This document shows, one piece after another, positions 17,805-25,803 of a DNA stretch of 64,000 nt (within the stretch, counting starts at the first letter, position 1; every line of letters starts with the position of its first letter). The position numbers were made by a program, and so were the translations under genes. The DNA lies in the sequence record NC_048048.2; one strand, 5' to 3'. A model generated the notes under the pieces. It was not told the DNA's origin and did no database searches. It saw nothing but the letters and a program-made list of their open reading frames with translations.

Positions 17805-18269
17805 ATGACCACCTTCCTCTTCATGCTGTTTACGGTCTCGATTGTCCTGGCTGCGATCGTCGTGCCGGTGCTGGTCTTGACGCACGACGAGGCGCCGCGT
17901 TCGATCACCCGCGTACCCGGCGGCGTAAACATCCAGCCGACCTATCGTTCGACCATCACCTACACGCCGGTCGAGCGCCCCAAGACGAGCAGTTCGGGTG
18001 GCTATTCGCCGTCCCCCAAGCTTTCGACCAGTAAGGCGCCGGCGGCCAAGAAGGCCTCCAGCAGCGCCAAGACGCCATCCCGCAGATCGTCCAGCGGGTC
18101 TTCGTCCAGCTATTCGTCGACGTCCGACGACAGCTACCTCTACGCCGCCGCTGCGGCGGCTTCGAGCTACGATTACGGCTCCTCGTACGACTCGTCCTCG
18201 TCGAGCAGCTACGATTGCGGATCGTCCTCGTTCGACAGCGGTTCCTGCGACACTTCGGGCGGCTTCTAG
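17805..18269 (+). CDS. membrane-anchored Ser-rich low-complexity protein
   Basis: N-terminal TM helix; SSYD...CD repeats at the C-terminus. Confidence 0.6.
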   Translation: MTTFLFMLFTVSIVLAAIVVPVLVLTHDEAPRSITRVPGGVNIQPTYRSTITYTPVERPKTSSSGGYSPSPKLSTSKAPAAKKASSSAKTPSRRSSSGSSSSYSSTSDDSYLYAAAAAASSYDYGSSYDSSSSSSYDCGSSSFDSGSCDTSGGF

Positions 18270-18362
18270 CCCGATTCCAAAACCCTGGAGATACAAGAAG
18301 TTGTGTCTCCAGGGGCTCTGGCGCCCTCAGTCTGGTGGTGGTTCGTACTATGTCAAGCTGCG

Positions 18363-18395
18363 CGTCACGTGACGCGAATCTTGACTTTTAACCAT
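18363..18395 (+). promoter_or_regulatory. nrdA promoter motif with TTAACCAT box
   Basis: CGTCACGTGACGCGAATCTTGACTTTTAACCAT. Confidence 0.6.
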
Positions 18396-18434
18396 GTTTC
18401 AGGCACCTTGCCAAACCCTCTCGAAATGAACCTC

Positions 18435-18458
18435 AAGCCCCGTTCCGGGGCTTTTCTT
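18435..18458 (+). terminator. intrinsic terminator-like hairpin in the nrdA leader
   Basis: AAGCCCC-GTTCC-GGGGCTT followed by TTCTTT. Confidence 0.55.
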
Positions 18459-18471
18459 TGCGGACCCCTAC

Positions 18472-21243
18472 ATGCCAGTTTCTCCTGCTTCCGTGCGGAT
18501 CGATTCCGCGCGCGACTCTCGTTTGGACGATTTTTCGAAGCAGACCCTCAAGGAACGGTATCTCCTCCCCCACGAAACGTCTCCCCAAGAGGCCTATGCG
18601 CGCGCCTCGGCGGCTTTTGCCGACGACGCGGACCACGCCCAGCGCCTCTACGACTACGCCTCCAAGGGTTGGCTCTCCTTCGCCACCCCGGTGCTGTCGA
18701 ATGGCGGGTCCGAACGTGGGCAGGCGATCTCCTGCTTCCTGACGTCGGTCGAAGACAGTCGCCAGGGCATCTTCGATCACTGGGATGAGATTGGCTGGCT
18801 CTCCAGCGTGGGCGGCGGGGTTGGCGCCAACTGGTCGGAACTGCGCGGCAACGGCGAGAAGACCTCGCGTGGCAGCCAGTCGACCGGCATCATTCCCTTC
18901 ATCGCCGTCACCGACCGCATCATCCTGTCGGTCAGCCAAGGCGGCACGCGCCGGGGCTCGCTGGCCGTCTATCTCGACGTCAACCACCCCGAGATCGAAG
19001 AGTTCATCGTCGGGCGCAAGCCCACCGGCGGTGATCAAAACCGCAAGTTCACGAACCTGCATAACGCGGTGAACATCACCGACGAGTTCATGCACCACGT
19101 GATGTCGGGCGCGCCGTTCCCGCTGCGCTCGCCCAAGACCGGCGAGATCATCCGAACGGTCAACCCGCGCGAACTCTGGAAGCTGATCCTTGAGACGCGC
19201 ATGCAGACCGGGGAACCGTATCTGCATTTCATCGACACCACCAATCGTCACCTGCCCGAGACCCAGAAGGCCAAGGGCCTGAAGGTGCGTCAGTCCAACC
19301 TCTGCGTCACGCCCGACACCGAGGTCCTGACCGACACCGGCTATCTGCCGATCGAGGCGCTGGCCGGCGGTAAGCACAAGGTCTGGAACGGCGAGGCCTT
19401 CAGCGAGGTCGAGGTCGTCCAGACCGCGCTCTCGGCTGAACTGGTCCGCGTCTGGTTCAGCGATGGCTCCTATCTGGACTGCACCCCCTATCACAAGTTC
19501 TACGACGAGGACGGTGTCGAGCACCGCGCCGGCGAACTGGCCAATGGACTAGTTCTGGAGCCCACGCGCCACCCGATCATCGAAGGCGGCGTCGTTGTCT
19601 CCGATGAGAAAGCCTATGCCGCCGGCTGGGCCACCATGGCCGGGTTCGAGGACGACAACCGCACCGCCGTGTTCGTGCCCGGCAAGCCGCGCCCCGAGCA
19701 AGCCCGCCGGCTGGTCGTCCATTCCCTCGACAGCACCGTCAGCGAAGACGGCCTGCTGGTGCGTTTCGAGCCCCTGGCCGTCCCGGCGGGCGTGGTTCCG
19801 GCTCATTGGTCGCGCCGCGCGCGTGAAATGTGGCTGGGCGCGGCCCTCGACGCCATCGGCGAATGGATCGAGACCGAGCACGGCCCGATGCTGGGCTTCG
19901 TCTCGCCCGACGCCGACCTCGTCAAGGAAGTCCGTCTGCTGGCCAAGACCCTGGGCCTGGAGCCGATCATCCGCCTGACGGACGCGGGCAACGCCTTCCT
20001 GCTGCCGGCCGGGGACGGCAATCGCCTGATCACCCATGGCTATGTCTGCATGCACGATCATGCCGACATCGTCATGACCGCCCAGTACATCGAGCCCACG
20101 GTCAGCGTCGTCGATGTCCACGCCCTGCCCTACCAGACCGCCACCTACTGCTTCACCGAGCCGCAGCGCAATCGCGGCACGTTCAACGGCGTCCTGACGG
20201 GCAACTGCACCGAGATCACCCTGCCCACCGGCCGCGACGATCAGGGCAAGATGCGCACGGCCGTCTGCTGCCTGTCGTCGCTGAACGCCGAGAAGTATCG
20301 CGAGTGGCGCCACCACCCGACCTTCATCGAAGACGTCTTCCGCTTCCTGGACAACTGCCTCCAGGTCTTCATCGACGACGAGACGCCGGGCCTGGAAAAC
20401 GCCCGCTACTCCGCGTCTATGGAGCGTTCGGTCGGCGCCGGTCTCCTGGGCTTCCACTATCTCCTCCAGTCGGAGAACATCGCCTTCGCCAGCGAAGAGG
20501 CGCGGGCTCTGAACCAGGAGATTTTCGCCCACTACTCGGCCGAGGCCACCAAGGCCTCGCTGAAGCTGGGCGCCGAGCGCGGCGAAGCCCCCGACATGAT
20601 CGGCACGGGCCATCGTTTCGCCCATCGTATGGCCGTGGCGCCCAACGCCTCGACCTCGATCCTGCTCAACACCAGTCCCTCGATCGAGCCCGTCCGCGCC
20701 AACGTCTTCCTGCACAAGACGCTGTCGGGCAGCTTCCGGGTCCGCAACCCCTATCTCCAGAAGCTGCTGGAGACGATCGCCATCGAAAAGGCCCCCGAAA
20801 CCGAGGGCTTCACCGACGAGGATCGCGTCGCCTGGGTCGAGGCCCAGTGGAAGCTGATCAACGCCGATGAGGGCTCCGTCCAGGGCCTGGACTACCTCTC
20901 CGACCACGAAAAGGCGGTCTTCGCCACGGCCATGGAGATCGACCAGGAATGGGTGATCACCCACGCGGCCGATCGCCAACCCTATATCGACCAAGCCCAG
21001 TCGGTGAACCTCTTCATGAAGGCCGGCACCAACGCCGTCGACCTGATGAAGGTCCACTACCAAGCCTGGGCCAAGGGCCTGAAGTCCCTCTACTACCTGC
21101 GTTCGACGACCGCCAAGCGCGGTGAAAACGTCAACGCCAAGGTCGAGCGCAAGCACATCCCCGAACATGTCGAGACCCTCGACGTCGAGAAGGGACCGGC
21201 CAGCCCGATCGAGGATAGCGCCTGCCTGTCCTGCGAGGGCTGA
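18472..21243 (+). CDS. nrdA: ribonucleotide reductase class Ia alpha subunit with intein
   Basis: ATP.LSN, SCF, GGG.G, SNL[intein]CTE, APNASTS, SLYY and C-terminal CLSC; no ATP cone. Confidence 0.95.
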   Translation: MPVSPASVRIDSARDSRLDDFSKQTLKERYLLPHETSPQEAYARASAAFADDADHAQRLYDYASKGWLSFATPVLSNGGSERGQAISCFLTSVEDSRQGIFDHWDEIGWLSSVGGGVGANWSELRGNGEKTSRGSQSTGIIPFIAVTDRIILSVSQGGTRRGSLAVYLDVNHPEIEEFIVGRKPTGGDQNRKFTNLHNAVNITDEFMHHVMSGAPFPLRSPKTGEIIRTVNPRELWKLILETRMQTGEPYLHFIDTTNRHLPETQKAKGLKVRQSNLCVTPDTEVLTDTGYLPIEALAGGKHKVWNGEAFSEVEVVQTALSAELVRVWFSDGSYLDCTPYHKFYDEDGVEHRAGELANGLVLEPTRHPIIEGGVVVSDEKAYAAGWATMAGFEDDNRTAVFVPGKPRPEQARRLVVHSLDSTVSEDGLLVRFEPLAVPAGVVPAHWSRRAREMWLGAALDAIGEWIETEHGPMLGFVSPDADLVKEVRLLAKTLGLEPIIRLTDAGNAFLLPAGDGNRLITHGYVCMHDHADIVMTAQYIEPTVSVVDVHALPYQTATYCFTEPQRNRGTFNGVLTGNCTEITLPTGRDDQGKMRTAVCCLSSLNAEKYREWRHHPTFIEDVFRFLDNCLQVFIDDETPGLENARYSASMERSVGAGLLGFHYLLQSENIAFASEEARALNQEIFAHYSAEATKASLKLGAERGEAPDMIGTGHRFAHRMAVAPNASTSILLNTSPSIEPVRANVFLHKTLSGSFRVRNPYLQKLLETIAIEKAPETEGFTDEDRVAWVEAQWKLINADEGSVQGLDYLSDHEKAVFATAMEIDQEWVITHAADRQPYIDQAQSVNLFMKAGTNAVDLMKVHYQAWAKGLKSLYYLRSTTAKRGENVNAKVERKHIPEHVETLDVEKGPASPIEDSACLSCEG
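19303..20205 (+). mobile_element. intein (301 aa) in NrdA with a degenerate LAGLIDADG domain
   Basis: Begins CVTPDT, ends GVLTGN, followed by the catalytic Cys of SNLCxE; TPYHKF block B. Confidence 0.92.
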
Positions 21244-21312
21244 CCCGCTCTCGCTTCGTTGAGGCCGCCGGCCGTGGCGGCCTCCGACCCCTTTTCTGAC
21301 TTTGGATCACCC

Positions 21313-22593
21313 ATGAGCCTCCTTGAGCCCCGCGACTACTACAAGCCCTTCGCCTACCCCTGGGCCTACGACGCCTTCAAGAAGATGCGCGCCATGGCCT
21401 GGGAGCCGCACGAGGCCCCGATGGCCGATGACGTGAAGGACTGGAACCAGCGACTCACCAATGACGAGCGCGAATTCCTTACGCAACTTTTCCGATTCTT
21501 CACCCAGGCCGACATCGACATCGCCAAGGGTTACCGGAGCAAGTACATGCCCCGGTTCGAGCATCCCGAAATCCAGATGATGTTCGCCGCCTTCGTCGAC
21601 GCCGAGGCCAACCACATCGACGCCTATTCGACGCTGATGGAGACCATCGGCATCTCGGAAGGCGAATACAAGGCCTTCCACAACTACAAGGCCATGAGCG
21701 AGAAGCACGAGTACCTGTTCGAGAACAGTCAGGGCAAGGGACTCGCCGATCTGGCCGTCGACATCGCCAAGTTCTCCGCCTTCGGTGAAGGCCTGCAACT
21801 GTTCTCCTCGTTCGCCCTTCTGATGAGCTTCCAGCGCCGCCCCGGCGGCCTGATGAAGGGCATGACGACGATCGTGGAATGGTCGATCCGCGACGAGACC
21901 CACCACGTCGAGTCGATGATCAAGCTGTTCCACGAACTGATCAAGGAACATCCGCGCATCTGGAACGACGAGACCAAGGCTCGCGTCTACCAGACCTGCC
22001 GCGACATGGTCGAACTGGAAGACGCCTTCATCGACCAAGCCTTCGGCTTGACCGCCATCGAAGGCGTCACCGCCGCCGAGACCAAGGCCTATATCCGCTA
22101 CATCGCCGACCGGCGCCTGCTGCAACTGGGCCTCAAGCCCAACTACGACCAGAAGACCAATCCGTTCGAGTGGCTGGAGGAGATCATGAACCTCCCCACC
22201 CACACCAACTTCTTCGAGCAGCGCTCGACCGAATACTCCAAGGGCGAGATCGAGGGCTGGGACGAGGCCTTCGAACTGATGAGCCACGGCTTTGCCCTGC
22301 CGCAACTCAAGCCCCAGGTCGAAGCCTTCTCCCTGGTCCCCAAGATCGCCTACATCGTTCACACCAAGCCCGGCTGCCCGCATTGCGATCGCGCCAAGGC
22401 CCTGCTGGACGCGCGCAAGATCAGCTACGTCGCCCAGGTCCACGATGACGACGAGGACCGGTTCAACCTGCTGTCCCAGATCAAAGAGCAGTTCGGCGTG
22501 CCCTGGCGCACTTTCCCGGCGATCATCGCCCTGGGCGAAGCGACCCCGCGTTTCGTGGGCGGCGCCGATGCTCTGACGCAGGAGCTTTCGTGA
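21313..22593 (+). CDS. nrdB: ribonucleotide reductase beta subunit fused to a C-terminal glutaredoxin
   Basis: FFTQAD, EANH..AY, DETHH, NFFE di-iron motifs; C-terminal KPGCPHC Grx domain. Confidence 0.93.
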   Translation: MSLLEPRDYYKPFAYPWAYDAFKKMRAMAWEPHEAPMADDVKDWNQRLTNDEREFLTQLFRFFTQADIDIAKGYRSKYMPRFEHPEIQMMFAAFVDAEANHIDAYSTLMETIGISEGEYKAFHNYKAMSEKHEYLFENSQGKGLADLAVDIAKFSAFGEGLQLFSSFALLMSFQRRPGGLMKGMTTIVEWSIRDETHHVESMIKLFHELIKEHPRIWNDETKARVYQTCRDMVELEDAFIDQAFGLTAIEGVTAAETKAYIRYIADRRLLQLGLKPNYDQKTNPFEWLEEIMNLPTHTNFFEQRSTEYSKGEIEGWDEAFELMSHGFALPQLKPQVEAFSLVPKIAYIVHTKPGCPHCDRAKALLDARKISYVAQVHDDDEDRFNLLSQIKEQFGVPWRTFPAIIALGEATPRFVGGADALTQELS

Positions 22594-23033
22594 TGACGGC
22601 GACCGCGTCCTTCCGTAAGCTCACCGAGACGGCGACCCTCCCCACCAGGGGGTCGCCGCAGGCGGCCGGCCTTGATCTCTATTACGATGGCGCCAAGACG
22701 GTCCAACTCTGGGCAGGTCAAATGGTAATGCTGGGCACCGGCATCGCCATTGAGGCCATGCCCGAGGGCTGTTATGGTCGAGTGGCTCCGCGTTCAGGCA
22801 TGTCGATCAAGGGCAGTGACGTCCTGGCCGGCGTGATCGACGCAGACTATCGAGGCGAGTTGAAAGTCGTTCTGCTTGGAGTAAACTTCGAACGCGGCGC
22901 GATCACCATCGAGCCCGGCGACCGCATCGCTCAGTTGATTTTTGAGCGATACACGCATGCGGAAGTGCTTGAAGTCTTCGACACGAATGATACACAACGG
23001 GGCGCCGACGGTTTCGGTTCCACCGGAACGTGA
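22590..23033 (+). CDS. dut: trimeric dUTPase
   Basis: APRSG, GVIDADYRGE, RIAQL and RGADGFGSTG motifs. Confidence 0.95.
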   Translation: MMTATASFRKLTETATLPTRGSPQAAGLDLYYDGAKTVQLWAGQMVMLGTGIAIEAMPEGCYGRVAPRSGMSIKGSDVLAGVIDADYRGELKVVLLGVNFERGAITIEPGDRIAQLIFERYTHAEVLEVFDTNDTQRGADGFGSTGT

Positions 23034-23163
23034 CGGGGTACATCTTTTTGTAGAAAGTCGCGTCTATTTGACGCGATACTTCAATTTTCGCTTGCACCTA
23101 GTTGGTGACGTGATACACGACGTAAGTCATGTACCGTGACACACAACTCGGAGGTGAAAATTA

Positions 23164-23880
23164 ATGGTTGCAAGCGCTGCTTTGAGGGCCGCTCCGGCGG
23201 CTTCCTCGCGGACCGCCGCCCAGAAGGCCCCGGCCCGCACCAAGTCGTCCCGCACGACCAATGTCTGGATGCGCAACGGCGATGAATCGACGATTCCCGG
23301 TCGCCTGACTTCGCGTCGCGTGCAACTGGGCATGGACCAGATCGACGTCGCCAACAAGATGGGCGTGGCCCGCGCGGCCTATTCCCAGTACGAGACCGGC
23401 AAGGTCACCCCGACGCTCGACAAGATCATCAAGGCCGCCGAGGCCCTGGAGACGACGCCGCAATGGATCGCGTTCGGCGGCATGAACCACGAAATCCCGA
23501 TCCTCACCTACAACTCGTCCAACCGCACCTGGGTCAACACGGACCAGACGTGGCCGGTGCCGGCGTCCTGGATCAAGGACCGCCTGTCCAACGTCGATCC
23601 CCACAAGCTCGACGCCTACGAAGCCACGACCAGCAGCCCCAGCGCCATGGTCCAGGCCGGCGACGTCGTGCTCGTCGATCGCGAGGAAAAGCCCGGCACG
23701 CGGCTGTACCAGGAGTTCGTCTTCGCCATGGATGGCGAATGTCTCACCGACAACCTGCGCAAGACCGACGGCGGCTACCTCGTCGGCCTCGCCGAAGAAG
23801 GCGGCAAGCAGCCGGTCCTGGTCAACGCGCGGGCCATCCGCATCCTCGGCAAGGTCGTCGCCGTCTTCGGCGCCCCCTAG
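23164..23880 (+). CDS. XRE/cI-like HTH transcriptional regulator with S24-like C-terminal domain
   Basis: QIDVANKMGVARAAYSQYETG HTH; C-terminal beta domain ending ILGKVVAVF. Confidence 0.8.
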   Translation: MVASAALRAAPAASSRTAAQKAPARTKSSRTTNVWMRNGDESTIPGRLTSRRVQLGMDQIDVANKMGVARAAYSQYETGKVTPTLDKIIKAAEALETTPQWIAFGGMNHEIPILTYNSSNRTWVNTDQTWPVPASWIKDRLSNVDPHKLDAYEATTSSPSAMVQAGDVVLVDREEKPGTRLYQEFVFAMDGECLTDNLRKTDGGYLVGLAEEGGKQPVLVNARAIRILGKVVAVFGAP

Positions 23881-23905
23881 GTCTCCGCTGGCTCATGGTA
23901 CATGG

Positions 23906-23940
23906 AAAAGGCCCGCCAGAGCGATCTGGCGGGCCTTCCT
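23906..23940. terminator. bidirectional intrinsic terminator
   Basis: AAAAGGCCCGCCAGA-GCGA-TCTGGCGGGCCTTCC perfect stem. Confidence 0.8.
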
Positions 23941-24197
23941 GTAGGTCGCCCGCAGGCGACAGCATCCAAGATTTAGGCGAAGCGCCAGGGCTCTTGGTAG
24001 CGCAGACTTCGGCAGGTGATCCGGGGTAACGGGGTATCCCGCGCCCTCACCTGCGTCAGCCGACTCCGACTCGCACTCGCTCGGCCATCCAGCCTCGCTT
24101 CTCCGCACTCCGCGTGGTCCCATCACCGATGGGCGGCGCCTGCTCTCCCTTTCAGTCGGACCGGAGCAGGACAGGGACGCGTCACAGCGCCCTTGAT
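23906..24197 (-). ncRNA. candidate ~290-nt ncRNA
   Basis: Own TTGACA...GCTAAGC promoter (24205-24231) and a terminator; several stems; no credible ORF. Confidence 0.5.
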
Positions 24198-24444
24198 GTC
24201 TTCAGCTTAGCGTCCAACGCTTCTGTGTCAAGAAACGCGACACGAAGAAAGTGCGCTTGACGCATAGCCTAAGCTCGGCCATCCTCCCCTGGCATCGACA
24301 ACCCTGTCTCTAGCACGTCAGGACCGGATTGCGAGCGTGGGGCGCTTCGGCGCGCTGGACTTCGGCGGAGCGCCCCTCGCTGACAAAATTAGCGTCCCGA
24401 CGACACAATGCTTGACACGGAAAACGAGGTAGGTTACAGGTCAG

Positions 24445-24840
24445 GAGTTGTCGGCTGAAGGGCCTTCGGGACCTGGATGACGGAATACACGGAGACTGTT
24501 CTGGACCGGGGTGCGATTCCCCGCGCCTCCACCACCAAGTCTCCCGGCCGGTCCCCACCCAGGGACCTGGGCGTCGCCTTCAGCGACGGCGCCCGATCTG
24601 AACGGCGCGGGAGACTTTGTTATGGGGGCGATCAGCATCGACAGGCAGGGTAAGTAGAAGACGCGACACGGCATGGCTGCCGGTTCCTTCGGGAGCGCTA
24701 GGCCGACTTTGACAAATGTCAACGCTGCTAACGACAACGACGTCGTGGTTTCGACCATGACCTCGGTCAAGCTGGCCGCTTAACGGCTCGGGGTTCAGAA
24801 GGCGCCTTTTCACCCAATGGCCTTCAGCTTGCCCTAAGGG
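24445..24840 (+). ncRNA. ssrA: circularly permuted (two-piece) tmRNA; tag ANDNDVVVSTMTSVKLAA
   Basis: T-arm and CGCCTCC-ACCA (24507-24534) precede the GGGGGCG 5' acceptor strand (24624) giving G3.U70; tag ORF 24727-24783; intervening segment closes a 10-bp stem; outer ends approximate. Confidence 0.92.
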
Positions 24841-24879
24841 GCTCAGAGGACAGGCGGCGCAAGCCGCGCGATCAACACC

Positions 24880-25032
24880 AGGGGGCGGCCTGGGTCCCGA
24901 AACCGCCCACCCTCCTGCTTTCGCAGGCGGGATCAAAGGGTCGGCCTCAAAATAGGCGATCTGTCGGAAGAAACCCCGTTTCGCCGGCCTTTTGATCCCG
25001 TCTACGAAAGCTGGAGGTTCGGCGCCGCCCTC
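24880..25032 (+). ncRNA. candidate long-hairpin ncRNA (6S-like architecture)
   Basis: About 35-bp interrupted stem (24910-24944 with 24984-25018), internal bubble and outer stem. Confidence 0.5.
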
Positions 25033-25055
25033 GGGAGGCATCGAGCTTTCACTGA

Positions 25056-25132
25056 TGCGGGGTGGAGCAGTCCGGTAGCTCGTCTGGCTCATAACCAGAA
25101 GGTCGAGGGTTCAAATCCCTCCCCCGCACCCA
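25056..25132 (+). tRNA. tRNA-Met(CAT), initiator-like body
   Basis: Cloverleaf; loop CTCATAA; A11-U24, G2-C71, C3-G70; encoded CCA. Confidence 0.92.
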
Positions 25133-25139
25133 GTTTTCT

Positions 25140-25478
25140 GTGCTATACAGGAAAGCACACAAGGCCGCTGAACCGGCGTCTTCGGACGTCGATGAAAGGT
25201 CTAACCTCGCGTCCTTCCCTGGTCAGTAGGGGAGGGGCAGTCGGAGCAGATAAGGCGGGCGCGCTGCGGCCGAGATAAGGGCTTCGATTAGTCGGCCGGC
25301 GGGCTAGGGGGTTGAGAGGCCAGATGTCTCCTGCCGGAGAGACGCTGGCCGACCTACGATCTGTTTTCCAGGCCTCATGCTCGGCCCCGATCACACGGGG
25401 TCAGGGACTGAGGCTAGGTCCCGGCGAGACGCCTGTAGCAGGCTCCCAAGCTAGGGCATGCGGCCTGGAAACCAGATC
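25140..25478 (+). ncRNA. candidate multi-hairpin ncRNA between tRNAs
   Basis: 17-bp closing stem (25358-25374 with 25462-25478) enclosing 3-4 hairpins; further hairpins and a cUUCGg loop upstream. Confidence 0.5.
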
Positions 25479-25480
25479 GG

Positions 25481-25557
25481 GGTGGTATAGCTCAGCCCGG
25501 TAGAGCGGGAGGCTCATTCCCTCCTTGTCCTAGGTTCAAATCCTAGTGCCACCTCCA
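25481..25557 (+). tRNA. tRNA with CAT anticodon (Met/Ile2?), atypical U37 and U73
   Basis: Cloverleaf: GGTGGTA/TGCCACC acceptor, GGAGG-CTCATTC-CCTCC, TTCAAAT loop, CCA. Confidence 0.85.
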
Positions 25558-25651
25558 ACCATAGCAGCGCCGTTTCGGTCACTGGGCATTGCGACCCACA
25601 CCCACGGCTCAAGGACCCGGCGCCGGGCCTTGACGGGGTTGTCCAGACCCG

Positions 25652-25708
25652 GCACAAGGGCAAAAGGAACCCAGCCCCAGGTACGCCTCGGGCTGGGTTT
25701 TCCTTTTT
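25652..25708. terminator. intrinsic terminator (possibly bidirectional)
   Basis: AAAAGGAACCCAGCCC...GGGCTGGGTTTTCCTTTT. Confidence 0.7.
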
Positions 25709-25711
25709 ATG

Positions 25712-25788
25712 GATGCCGTGGACTGAATGGTTTAGGCGCGAGACTGCAAATCTCGATCATGCGGGTTCGAGCCCCGTCGGCATCTCCA
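25712..25788 (+). tRNA. tRNA-Cys(GCA)
   Basis: GATGCCG/CGGCATC acceptor, CGAGA-CTGCAAA-TCTCG, U73, CCA. Confidence 0.92.
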
Positions 25789-25803
25789 CCGTTCCAGGAC
25801 ACC

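Noticed and set aside
18040-18250. Ser/Asp/Tyr low-complexity repeats as a DNA repeat element
   Set aside because: Explained by a protein low-complexity tail, a common type in phage membrane proteins
23893-24126. 77-aa minus-strand ORF
   Set aside because: No SD, atypical codon usage, runs through the terminator; the region is better explained as an ncRNA
25140-25478. RNase P RNA, group I/II intron or hammerhead ribozyme
   Set aside because: Only partial AGGAAAG; no P4 complement, no P7 or domain V consensus, no CUGAUGA/GAAA core
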